From assembly GCA_001600815.1 (NCBI GenBank), contig BCKZ01000028.1, forward strand, positions 62,001 to 126,000: a stretch of DNA of 64,000 nucleotides, written 5' to 3'. The notes beneath the pieces were generated by a model, which was not told the origin of the DNA, made no database searches, and saw nothing but the letters and a program-made list of their open reading frames with translations. Origin of the DNA: Alloascoidea hylecoeti. Lineage: Eukaryota. A program made the translations under genes and the position numbers. This document shows positions 52,502 through 64,000 of this stretch, piece by piece. Positions within the stretch are counted from its first letter, which is position 1; the number at the start of each line of letters is the position of its first letter.

Positions 52502-53400
52502 TTATGCCTTTTTTTGGTAAAGTCTAATACCAAGTGCATCAGCCCAACGCCATACTAATGCTGGATCTTTTAAGAAAACTCGTCCAACTAATATTAAGTC
52601 TAAATCTTTCTGAAGTAATGATTCTGCTACCTTTGGATCACTGATACCCCCAACAACCGAAACAAGAAGCTTGTCCCCAACAACTTCCTTAATCGCAATT
52701 TCAATGCTACCTTTTTCGTATCCTCTAATTCCCAAGATTCAGGGTATTTAATTTTATCATGTCCTAAACCTTCTGTGGCCGAGATACGCAAAAACAATGG
52801 GGTAGTTTCAGGAATAACACTTCTGATATCATCAACTAACTCAAATAACAATCTGGTTCTTATTTTCAAATGACCCACCATATTTATCAGTTCTTTTGTT
52901 GGATACCGGAGATAGAAATTCAGTAAGAAGATAGCCATGAGCACCATGAATTTCAATAACATCAAAACCAATATTAATTGCTCTTTTAGCCGCTGAAGTA
53001 AAATCATTCCTAATTCTTTCAATCTCTTTCAATGACAATTCTTTGGGAGTTGGAAATCCATCACCATATTTAATAGCAGANGGTGCCACNACGCCATTAG
53101 GCCACCCATCGGCTTCCTCAACTGCAGTATCTTTAAAACTGATAAAAGGAGCAACAGTACTTGCTTTTCTTCCAGCATGTGCCAATTGAATACCAATATG
53201 TTGACCTTGAGAATGAACAAAATCAACAATTTTCTTCAATTCTTTTGCCTGTTCATCGTTCCAAACACCAAGATCTTCAGGTGAGATTCTGCCTTCTGGA
53301 GAAACTGCCGTAGCCTCAATAATTATAAGTGCAGCTCCATGTGTAGCAAAAGAACCATAATGTTGTAGTAGAGACACTTCCCCATCTTTACAATGTCGAA
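52502..53400 (-). pseudogene. NADH:flavin oxidoreductase (old yellow enzyme family), frameshifted and 5'-truncated
   Basis: [63 protein letters not shown] split over three frames; two N bases at 53081 and 53090. Confidence 0.8.
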
Positions 53401-53685
53401 TACCTGGATTATATTTGGACAACACCAAAGACTTTTAAAACTTAAAAAATAAACTACCGGATTCTCCCGTGTCTGAATTAGAATGAGTACACTATATTTA
53501 AATAACTAATAATTTTGTGAAATTATAAAAATGTTTTGGTTCTGTGTTTCATGTATTCCACTTAATATAAGCCATATATATCATACAAGATCGGTCTCAC
53601 GCATAACTAAATTTCGACTGTAATAATGTTACACCCAATTACCCATGTATGTTGCCATTTCATCACCAATCAGAACAAATCATTA

Positions 53686-55857
53686 ATGCTTCGATTTGTT
53701 TCCAACACCACCCGTTTTACAAATCTGAATCTATTTGTTTCCTCTTTTTTATTTAACAATCTTCGTTATTATTCAATGTCTTCTCAATCTGTTTTAATCC
53801 CACCACAGCCAGCCCCAAATTGGAAAATAACTGCTGATGAGATCATAACAATTGCTTTAAATGTAATTGATAAATCTCGTTCAATTGATGATTCAATTGC
53901 CTCTGTTAAAAATCCAAATTTTGGAAATGTTATTTTACCATTTATTGAAAATGAAAATATTGAAAAAGGACAAATTAATCAATTATCCTTTTATCAACAT
54001 ATTTCAAATAATAAAGATATTAGAGATGCATCATCAAAAGCTGATGAAATGTTTCAATCCTTTGGAATAGAACAAGGATTACGTGAAGATGTTTATTTAC
54101 AATTTAAATCAATTTATGAAAATTTAAATAATTTGAAAAATATTGATGATGAAGATAAAAGATTAATTAAAAAAATTAATATTCAATATAAAAGAAATGG
54201 TCTTGATTTAAAACTTGAAGATAGAGAAAAAATTAAAAATTTAAGAAAACAATTAAGTTTATTAACTGTTAAATTTTCAAAAAATTTAGGTGAAGAAAAT
54301 GGGTTTTTAGAATTTACAAAAGATGAATTAGATGGTGTACCTAAAGATATAATTGAACAATTTGAAACATTTACAATTATTGATGATAAAACTGGTAAAG
54401 AAACTAAAAAATATAAAATGAATTTTAAATATCCTTCATTATTTCCTGTTTTAACACATGCAAAATTGCAAGAAACAAGAAAAAAAGCATTTATTGCTGA
54501 TCAAAATAAAGTACCAGAAAATGAAAATTTATTACTTGAAGCAATTAAAATAAGAGCATCAATTGCTCATTTATTAGGTTATGAAACTCATTCTGATTTT
54601 ATATTAGAAGAAAGAATGGCTAAAAATTATGATTCAGTTTATAAATTTTTAAAAGATTTAGAAACAAAATTAAAACCACAAGGTATAAAAGAACGTTTTA
54701 AAATGTTAGAATTGAAAAAACAAGATTTAAAAAATCAAGGTAAAGAAATAACAAAAGATGATGAAATTTATTATGTTTGGGATCATAGATATTATCATAA
54801 TATGTTATTAGAAAATGATTATCAGTTAGACGATCAAAAAATTTCCGAATATTTTCCAATGTCTTCAACTATTAAAAAAATGTTAGGAATATTTGAAAAA
54901 TTATTTAATTTAAAATTTTTAGAAGTTTTAGATGATGAAAAATCGGTTTGGCATAAAGATGTTCAACAATTTGCTGTTTGGAAACAACTTGAATCTTCTG
55001 AAAAAGAAAAGGTTGAATTTGTTGGTTGGTTGTATTTTGATTTACATCCAAGAGAAGGAAAATATAATCATGCTGCAAATTTTGGAATTATACCTGGTTA
55101 TACATCATCAAATGGTACAAGAGTTTATCCAGTTACAGCATTAGTTTGTAATTTTTCAAAACCAACGGCTACAAAACCATCATTATTAAAACATAATGAG
55201 GTAACTACATTTTTCCATGAATTAGGACATGGAATTCATGATTTAATTGGAAAATCGAAATATTCAAGATTTAGTGGTACAGAAGTAAGTTGGGATTTTG
55301 TTGAAGCACCATCACAAATGTTAGAATATTGGACATGGTCAATTAATCAATTAAAATATTTATCATCACATTATCTAAATCCTGAAGAATCATTACCAGA
55401 TGATTTAATTAAAAGATTAATTAAAAGTAAACATGTAAATGGTTCATTATTTAATTTAAGACAATTACATTTTGCATTATTTGATTTAAAATTACACTCA
55501 TTAAAAGAAAATGAAGATATTAAACTTGATGATATAATTAATTTTTGGAATTTAATGAGAGAAGAAATTTCTTTAGTATCTCAAAGTGATTTTAAAACAA
55601 AAGGTTTTGCATCTTTTGGTCATTTAATGGGTGGTTATGATTCTGGTTATTATGGTTATTTATGGTCTCAAGTTTTTGCTGCTGATATTTATTATACTAA
55701 ATTTAAAAATGATCCAATGAATAATAAAAACGGAATTGAATATAGAGATAAGGTTTTAGCAAGGGGTGGAACAAGAGATGAAATTGAAAATTTAAGAGAT
55801 TTATTAGGAAGAGAACCAAATAATAAAGCATTTTTGGAAGAAATTGGTATTAATTAA
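53686..55857 (+). CDS. PRD1: Saccharolysin / thimet oligopeptidase (peptidase M3)
   Basis: FFHELGHGIH zinc motif, DLHPREGKYNHAA, DFVEAPSQMLE, GYYGYLWS; start uncertain (53626, 53686 or 53776). Confidence 0.92.
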   Translation: MLRFVSNTTRFTNLNLFVSSFLFNNLRYYSMSSQSVLIPPQPAPNWKITADEIITIALNVIDKSRSIDDSIASVKNPNFGNVILPFIENENIEKGQINQLSFYQHISNNKDIRDASSKADEMFQSFGIEQGLREDVYLQFKSIYENLNNLKNIDDEDKRLIKKINIQYKRNGLDLKLEDREKIKNLRKQLSLLTVKFSKNLGEENGFLEFTKDELDGVPKDIIEQFETFTIIDDKTGKETKKYKMNFKYPSLFPVLTHAKLQETRKKAFIADQNKVPENENLLLEAIKIRASIAHLLGYETHSDFILEERMAKNYDSVYKFLKDLETKLKPQGIKERFKMLELKKQDLKNQGKEITKDDEIYYVWDHRYYHNMLLENDYQLDDQKISEYFPMSSTIKKMLGIFEKLFNLKFLEVLDDEKSVWHKDVQQFAVWKQLESSEKEKVEFVGWLYFDLHPREGKYNHAANFGIIPGYTSSNGTRVYPVTALVCNFSKPTATKPSLLKHNEVTTFFHELGHGIHDLIGKSKYSRFSGTEVSWDFVEAPSQMLEYWTWSINQLKYLSSHYLNPEESLPDDLIKRLIKSKHVNGSLFNLRQLHFALFDLKLHSLKENEDIKLDDIINFWNLMREEISLVSQSDFKTKGFASFGHLMGGYDSGYYGYLWSQVFAADIYYTKFKNDPMNNKNGIEYRDKVLARGGTRDEIENLRDLLGREPNNKAFLEEIGIN

Positions 55858-56131
55858 TTACCAATTGCGAAGTATAGGTTAAATCATAGTGATAGTTATA
55901 GATAAATTTGAAAAAAGTTATTGAAATGTTCTACGAATGATAAAACTATAATCGTTAAGTGAGTTTATTTTAATGGTCTACTTAAAAACATAAAACATAT
56001 GATTCAAATATACACAAAATACAGTAGTTCAAATTTAAAACTTTGATTTGATTTGATTGATTGATTTATTGGAATGACATGGTAATTATTGTATTAAAAT
56101 AGGAGTAATAAGAAATAACAATAGATAACAA

Positions 56132-56986
56132 TTAAAGTCTTCTACCTCTTCTACCACCCTTTCTTCTAGTAGAATCAGAAGGAATAGGAGTAACATCTTC
56201 AATACGACCAATTCTAAGACCTGATCTTGCCAATGCTCTTAAAGCAGCTTGGCCACCTGGTCCTGGGGTTTTAGTATGTGTACCACCAGTAGCTCTAAGT
56301 TTAACATGAATAGCATTAATACCAACTTCTTTACATTTAACTGCGGCATCTTGGGCTGCTAACATGGCAGCGTAAGGTGAGGATTCATCACGATCGGCCT
56401 TGACTTTCATACCACCGGTGATACGGACAATTGTTTCACGACCAGTTAAATCTGTAATGTGAACAAATGTATCGTTGAAGGAAGCATAGATACGGGCAAC
56501 ACCAAATGTAAGAGAATTGTCCTTTGATTGAGGACCTAATGTGACGTTATCTAAAGATTGAAAAATTGTTAATAAATATGATGATAAATTTGAAACATTT
56601 TTAAATGGTTTGAAGTGTTAAATTAGTTTTTTGTAAAGATGGATATTTATTATTTAATTCATTCACTATTAATTGTTTCTACTATAAAGTTGATGTATTG
56701 ATTCAATAATGTGATTTATTAAATTGAAATTCTGATGATTTAAACCATTTCACTTTAAATTTTCAGATGAATGTAATAAAGCCCATATTATGAATATTGG
56801 TATCTATTAACAATTAAATATCGATTCTCCAATATGATCTCTTCTTTTTGTGTGAAACTAATCTTCATTTTCACCCAGGTATAAATATAAACCCACTTTA
56901 ATTCGATATTTTAAATAATCCAACTTCACAATAACCATATTAAAATCATTCAAGAAACCATTATTAAATTTTAACATACCAGCCAT
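56132..56986 (-). CDS. RPS14: 40S ribosomal protein S14 (uS11); exons 56986-56980 and 56550-56132
   Basis: Spliced [10 protein letters not shown]...[16 protein letters not shown]...[14 protein letters not shown]; intron 56979-56551 GTATGT...TAG. Confidence 0.95.
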
Positions 56987-57127
56987 TGTTGTTTAATATT
57001 GATTGATATTCTTTGACTTTTCACTTTTGGAGGTGCTAAAGATTGATACACAATAAATCCCATGCTGTGCTGAGATTTCTCATCCAGCAGTATATCTGGG
57101 AATGAATACTTTCTTTATTTGGAAGAG

Positions 57128-57135
57128 CAGTCACA
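57128..57135. promoter_or_regulatory. Homol-D box (CAGTCACA) upstream of RPS14
   Basis: Exact CAGTCACA about 140 bp before the RPS14 ATG; a variant AAGTCACA lies at 58093-58100 before RPL39. Confidence 0.6.
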
Positions 57136-57213
57136 TTACATCCAAACACCCAACATAAGCTTAATATTCCTAGAAAGATAATAAACAATCTATTTTAAAA
57201 ACAAACATTAATC

Positions 57214-58023
57214 ATGAATAAAAATATTTTACAATCAGAATTTAAATCCAAGAAAGGCGATATAACTTTTGATGGTGATGTTTCAAATTTGCCTACTAAA
57301 TCTAGATATGCTTCAAAATATGGTGAAACTCCTTGGCCTAGTTCTGTTTGTGTTCAATTATCATCACAAGAAAAACCTTTTGAAATTTGGTCTAGAAGGA
57401 ACTTAGAATTTGCTAATAATACAAGAAGTAATAATTGTTTAGGTTATAGTGATGATAAGTCAAGGAAAAGAATTAGATATTCTAGATCTTTTGAAGATAA
57501 ATTAAGCAGTCGTTTAAAATCACAAAAGAAGTCAATTACAGGAATTCGAACACAAAAACGATTAATACCCAATTCAATAAAATTGAAAAAACGACGAAAT
57601 TCTTCAATGTCTTGTTTATTAACTATACCAAATATAACTTACAGTTCACCTTTGGCCCATAAATACCATGATAGCTACAAAGAACATTCTTGGAATTCTG
57701 ATTTCAACAGCTGCAGTAGTTTTGATAACATGGATAATAAAATTACGAATGAATTTATACCATTTAATATTAATTATAATGATAAGAAACGTGCAAGGAC
57801 ACCATCGAATAATTCTATTGATAATGCTTTAATTGATGATACCTTTGATATTGATAATAAATCTATTGATGATAATAATAACAATAACAACACCAAGAAA
57901 ATAATTATAAGACCTAGACAAATTTTAAAACCTGCGGGAATTAAAAAGCAAATTACTTCTTCATCACTTAAAGAGAATAATATTTCAGTACTGTTTAATG
58001 AATTGAATATTCATGATAATTAA
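57214..58023 (+). CDS. Hypothetical protein (basic, Ser/Asn-rich, 269 aa)
   Basis: Long open frame in AT-rich DNA with A-rich leader; no recognised domain. Confidence 0.65.
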   Translation: MNKNILQSEFKSKKGDITFDGDVSNLPTKSRYASKYGETPWPSSVCVQLSSQEKPFEIWSRRNLEFANNTRSNNCLGYSDDKSRKRIRYSRSFEDKLSSRLKSQKKSITGIRTQKRLIPNSIKLKKRRNSSMSCLLTIPNITYSSPLAHKYHDSYKEHSWNSDFNSCSSFDNMDNKITNEFIPFNINYNDKKRARTPSNNSIDNALIDDTFDIDNKSIDDNNNNNNTKKIIIRPRQILKPAGIKKQITSSSLKENNISVLFNELNIHDN

Positions 58024-58201
58024 ATATGTTAATTAATTAATTAAAAATTGGTATAATCTGTAACTTATAATGAAATCTTAATCTGGAAATGTAAGTCACA
58101 ATGATTTTCTCAGCGTAAATTTCAGCACATCATTCTAACAAAACAACATTTCATAATTAAACCTTTTCAGCATTGAAAAATCAACATAAAAAATTACAGA
58201 A

Positions 58202-58425
58202 ATGCCAGTATGTTGTTATTAGATAATAAATTAAAACGAATGATGAACTTCAATTAACATTCATTTTTTCAAAAGAGTAATAAATCATTAAAGACGAAAC
58301 TTAAGCTTGCTAAAGCTCAAAAACAAAACAGACCACTTCCACAATGGATTAGATTAAGAACAGATAATAAAATTAGATATAATAATAAGAGAAGACATTG
58401 GAGAAGAACTAAGCTTAATATTTAA
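58202..58425 (+). CDS. RPL39: 60S ribosomal protein L39 (eL39); exons 58202-58207 and 58276-58425
   Basis: [51 protein letters not shown]; intron 58208-58275 GTATGT...AAG. Not in the ORF track. Confidence 0.95.
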
Positions 58426-61400
58426 GTTCTTATCAATCAAATCACCTATATGTATCAATATTATTATTGAGATAACTATAGTAGGGTTATATCTATAAGA
58501 TATAGTTCCCATTATTACACGAATTATGAAGATTACAACTGCTCATATTATATCATTGATGATACCTACATAATTTAATCTTATCTTTTTTTTTTTTTTG
58601 GCTCATTCATACAATTTGGAAATTTTTATTAATGATCCATTTGGTAGTCTTAATTATATTTTAAATTCATTAATTGTAGATGAAAATTGGGTTAAAATTA
58701 TTATGTTATTGAATGAATACATACAAGATGTAGGTAGTCTCTATAAAACTTTGAGAGACCGGGTTAGCATCTGTCATTTCTTTATTCAAACAATAATTTG
58801 AAATAGATAAAAGTCAAGTGGTACTCATGCTCAATACACTTGTTAACAGTCCCTACTTTTAGTTACCGAATTAGACATTCTAATTTGAAATCAACCATCA
58901 TTTCCGATTTATTATCTTTAGTGACGATATGATATGACTCGATTTTGCACTCTCCAGACGGAACTTAGAAACAATGCTTCTAAGGAATTGCATCTTCGAC
59001 ATCTTTAACTTCTTTGTGAACTTTCACTGGAATCTCTCACCATATGGGTATTCCCCATAATAAGCCTACAACACCATAATTTTATAGTCTTGGTAAGCCT
59101 GGTATAACACATTGGATTCTTTCTAGACACGGTGTCTTACCAATTAACAACTATACCTATTTCTTCTATTTCTCACTAATCAGGACAAAAAAATAAACAT
59201 ACCAAATTGTACAACTACTGGAGGTAGATAATAGATACCCATTTAGTAAATATTGTCATGAAAGACATCCATTAATAATTAATATTGACAAACATACTAA
59301 ACCATTTATCAAAAATCATGCTCCAGTAACAACCAATTTATTCAATATTATCAATACTCCTCTTGTATCACCTTCACATGTCTCAACGGTTTCCGATATT
59401 TTTTAAAGAGGAATTAGGTCCAACACAGAGACCATTTAATTCCAATAGAATCACAACATACACACCCTTTATAACTTATACAACGATCAATATTTTAGGT
59501 CAACACATTAATGATCAAGAGATTGTTCAAAAAACATCATCCATCATATTAACTTCAGTATAGTAGTAGTAGGATGAAACACAAAACCAAAACATTTCTA
59601 AATTTAACATTATTTATTGTTTAAATATAATATACTCAATCTTAATTAGACGTTAGTAGTTCATTTAATAATTTTAGAAGTCTTTGGAGTTGTTCATATA
59701 TAATCCAACTACCACATATATGAAGTTAACCCGATAGGACTCATACATATATTCAACCTCTCTTCAGGACTCATTTTATTCAACAGTTCCTTTAGTGAGT
59801 CCTTACTAATTTTTCCTTTCTTGTGTAGCTTATACTGTATATGCCTTGTAAGATCTTTCACATAATGACTGATGTTTTAAAATTATCACCAAATATACAC
59901 AAATCTACATTAATATTGTAAAGTATAAATTATCTTCATGAGTCAATTATGAAAACAATAATAAGTTAAAATATATAAGCTTAGGCCCCTACTGTATAAT
60001 ATATATATAAGAGATTACCATATAAATGTTTTGTTAGTTCTAGAAATAATTACAAAACAATTTATTCAATCTTCAATTGATGATGTACGTATAAGTATCT
60101 CATTCGTTTAAAATTCAAATAGAACTCACTAATAAAGCAATCAAATCTTATTAGATACACGATTAATCTTATTAAATATGATGAGATATGTCCTAATAAC
60201 TAATTATCAACTACATAGCTTTTTATCATGATATCAATGCCAATCATAACCCACTAGCAGATTTATTTTGATATAGATACTTACAATTATAAGTTATAAT
60301 AGAACCAATTATATTTTAAAACTATTACTTTTAAGGTGCTCAAGGTAAAGGAACAAATGAAGAAATAAAATAGAATATATATGTCAAAAACATATGAAAA
60401 GAATAAGTCGATGTAATATCTTTTTTAAAGATATAAAGCTACTTGTATTGTTAAGGCTATTTGATTACTATGAAAACTATGTATAGCTTAAACTAAAGGG
60501 AAATCTGAAGGGCATTTATATCCGACGATGGGATATACAAATATTACTATAGACCAGTCTAACTAATAGTTTCCAGCTAGTACTTCAACATTACTTCGTT
60601 AAAGAAGGTTCTAATAATCCAATATTATAATACTCAACTATAATACAGTAGAACAGGTATATATGTTTTTTTCTTTACTATAGTAGAGATTTCCTTACCA
60701 TTAGTTTAGTTACAGACTTTAATTAGAAATTATATGCAGTTTAAAAACAAAATCGACTTAAAATTGTCAATTTGCATAATGTATTGATATATGCCTATAT
60801 TTTTGATCACTTTATAATGCATATATCTCATAACTCCATAATTGTAGATTGCAGTTCATTTAATTTAATATATATTTATTACGATTATATATAATGGTAC
60901 AAGTAGATACAAACTAGATAATTATATATAGAGAACTATTATATTAACAGTTATAAGATATGTATTCATAGTTTAATTGCAATTGACCTTAGCTTAATGA
61001 TCACACATCATAGCAATTCTATATTGTTATCGATATCCCAAGAAGGCTAACAATATTCTTTTACCGCCAATTGAAACGGTTACAACACTAAGATTAATAT
61101 TTTTGGATACGTAATAATATTCTTTAAAACTGTAAAGAGATTCTTAACGATAAAATGTTTAAATTAATAATAGAAGAATGTAAAATTGTTAAAGAGGTAA
61201 AGCCCTGTACCAAAAACATCTAATATTTTCATTTCTAGATAAATGATTCCATTTTTCACTTGATTGCGTCTAAAGTATGATTCTAAGGATCTTTGAATCT
61301 CGCTTTGAATACCGCTTTGATTCAAATATTTCTTAATCAATAGAATCACTAAAGTGTCCCTCACTTCCTAATATCATTATTAATTGATCTTAGTATTTAT

Positions 61401-62480
61401 TTCAAACACAAGTCATTAGCTCTCTTTATATATTTCTAAGGTCCAAAATTAATTACTATTATCATTAGGTAGAGAGCGTTATAAATGAACGTTTGTTACA
61501 TAGTAAGTTCTATACTTTTAATGTGTTGCACATAACTATAGGTCTATCTATATTATGTTTCTTAATTAAGACGTCATAATCAACAACAAGGCATAATATC
61601 GCTACCTAAGCTTGAAATGATGTTTAATTAATAAAATTTGATTTTAGGCTTTAGTCGGATCCGAAAGGACCGAGAATATTAAATACTAGTACTATGAGTG
61701 AGCAAAGGCAGAAGTGTAACAGTTGTTATACTTATGACGTTAATTGTTATATCATCATCATTTTAAGGCTAACTAAACGATATATCTTGGATGTGTGCAA
61801 TCTTCAGCAGTTGACAAGATGTCGTTCAACTCTTTGTCGTAGCTGGTTCGGAATAACTACACTTATTCCAGATCATGCGGTAATGCCTGATACCGAACCG
61901 CTTTAATTACACCGGTAGTCATTTCAAAAAGCATTAAGAAACATATACCTTATAGTATGTACTTAAAACAATGTGAATATAAATATATGTAGAACAATGT
62001 AGGAATATTATATTTTCAAACACTCCAGGCCATTAGAGTTTCGCTCAAACACTGTAATGAAATGTTGAACCCAATTGCAATTGCAAATGTATTCTTTAAA
62101 ACAGTTCTCTAAAACGATTGCTTCTTTGTGATATTCTCTTAAATTTATATATATCGTAATGTTACCCGTCAGTTATTACGTATATGAATGATAATATTGT
62201 ATACATGTAGTAATGACACTTCTAAAGAATAGCCTCTTGCCTTTGGAAATAGAATTGGGTATTTCTAAGTTCCACAGCCAAAATTGGAGATTTAAATATC
62301 ATCATCGATAAACTTCAAAATATATAGTTTATTTTATACTAAATTTTTATTTACAAATCAAGTTAATTTCAATAATCATAAAACATTTCAGCTTTATATA
62401 ACATTATATCATTTCATAGTAACATTTTTATGTTTTTTTTCATTGTAACCATTACTTTAGTTCCCTTTAAAAAAATGAGA

Positions 62481-64000
62481 TTAAACATTCTCATTTTTAC
62501 TCCCATTTTCAAGATGACTGATTTCAGGTTTATTTTTTCCAATTTCCATGAAAGCTTGATCCAAATCATCAGTAACTTTATCACCAAAAACAACTGCAAC
62601 TTCTTCTAAAGTATAACCCCTTGTTTCTGGGAACAAGAAGTAAACAATAACAATTTCAACGGCTAACCAACAAGTCCAAACAATATAGTATTTCCATGAA
62701 ATAGCATCCATAGCAACAGGATTAACAAACCCAGAAAAGATTAATACTAGATAAGTAACCATGGTGTAAATAGTCATTCCTTTGGAACGAAGTGAGAATG
62801 GAAGAATTTCAGACATATATAAATTTGGTAATCCACATAATCCACTATCATAAGCAAAATAATATAAGAAAATCATTGCAAGAACACCTTGACCTAATGA
62901 TTTATCTTCGAAATTCCGTTTTTCATTAATAGCTGATAGTACTGTCCAGACCAAGTAACAAATAAGCATTGCAACCGTACTAAACAAAAACATAACTCTT
63001 CTACCAACACGATTAACAAAAAATGGAGCCATTAATGCAACACCTTGATTATAAATCATAAGACCACCATTGATAATCAATTGTCTTGGAGCAGATGTAA
63101 TACCAATACTGTTTAAAACCTTATTCATATAATAACTAACCAAACTATTACCAGAAAGTTGTTGTAAAATAGGAACGAAACAACAAAGTGTTAATCTAAG
63201 TCTATTTCCTTTAGTAGAAAAGAAAGTTGAATAACTTGTATCACTATGAGATTTTTCAAATTCAATAGCAGATGAAATTTCAGCTAATTGAAAATCAATG
63301 AAAACACCACAACGATCTTCATCACCACCACCATGCCATTTCATTAACATTTCTCTAGCTTCATTTATCCTACCTTTTGATACTAAGAATCTAGGACTCT
63401 CTGGAACCCAATAAATAAACATTAATTGAATGACAACAAAAGTACCTTGTAAAATACTAAGAGCTCTCCAAGCCCAAGAAGTATTTCCTAAATAATAACA
63501 ACCAAATGTAGCCCAAGAAGCAAGAATAGCACCAGAATACCATAAAGTATTAAAACAAGCTGTAACTATTTCTCTATGGGTTGGATAAGCAATTTCAGTT
63601 AATAGTGGAACAGACGCTATAGCAGCTAACGTAGCACCAGCACCAATGACAATTCTTCCAACTATGAAGCAGGCATAACCATTTGCAGCAGATTGAATAA
63701 TAATTCCAGCAACCATAATAATATCACCAATAATAATACAAGGCTTTCTACCATATGTATCTGATAACCAAGGAGCAAACCAACAGGTGATGAAAAATCC
63801 AAAACTCATACCTTAAAATAGATGTTAGTAAACTATTCATATAATATTTAAATTTAAAGAATATAAACTTACCATTACTCATAGCACCTAAAACAGCACC
63901 TTGAGGTTTTCCCATATCATTAGACCATTTAGCAACAGATTGTAAACCATTTAACATAGAACTATCATAACCACTTGTTGTTGAACTAACCATTATTATT
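62481..64000 (-). CDS. Sugar porter, LAC12-like, inverted copy of 47808-49470 (5' end outside window)
   Basis: Same protein and same intron sequence as the plus-strand copy. Confidence 0.92.

Noticed and set aside
52502..53428. Programmed frameshifting in the OYE gene
   Set aside because: Several lesions, missing segments and N bases point to decay or poor consensus instead.

Overview
AT-rich, intron-containing fungal (budding-yeast-like, Saccharomycotina) nuclear DNA with GTAAGT/GTATGT donors and (T)ACTAAC-type branch points. Intact genes: fused GAL10 epimerase-mutarotase, a ferric reductase-family protein, two tandem MFS transporters, one F-box/WD40 gene, MIH1/CDC25, a sugar porter, an SDR, TFA1, a C2H2+Zn2Cys6 factor, two inverted LAC12-like sugar porters, PRD1, RPS14, RPL39 and one orphan ORF. 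Between them lies a decaying, repeat-rich accessory landscape: three F-box/WD40 pseudogenes, a scrambled MIH1 pseudogene with a near-perfect hairpin, a Zn-cluster TF pseudogene, an OYE pseudogene, an internally deleted Ty1/copia element, at least three foldback/MITE-like inverted repeats, a small GTPase remnant and a possible HNH/His-Me endonuclease remnant. The most notable structures are (i) a ~13-kb block bracketed by two essentially identical inverted transporter genes (potentially invertible), (ii) sequence homogenisation confined to coding tracts in three separate gene families, and (iii) a 356-bp-arm inverted repeat built from short periodic subrepeats. All identities were judged by eye; no searches were run.
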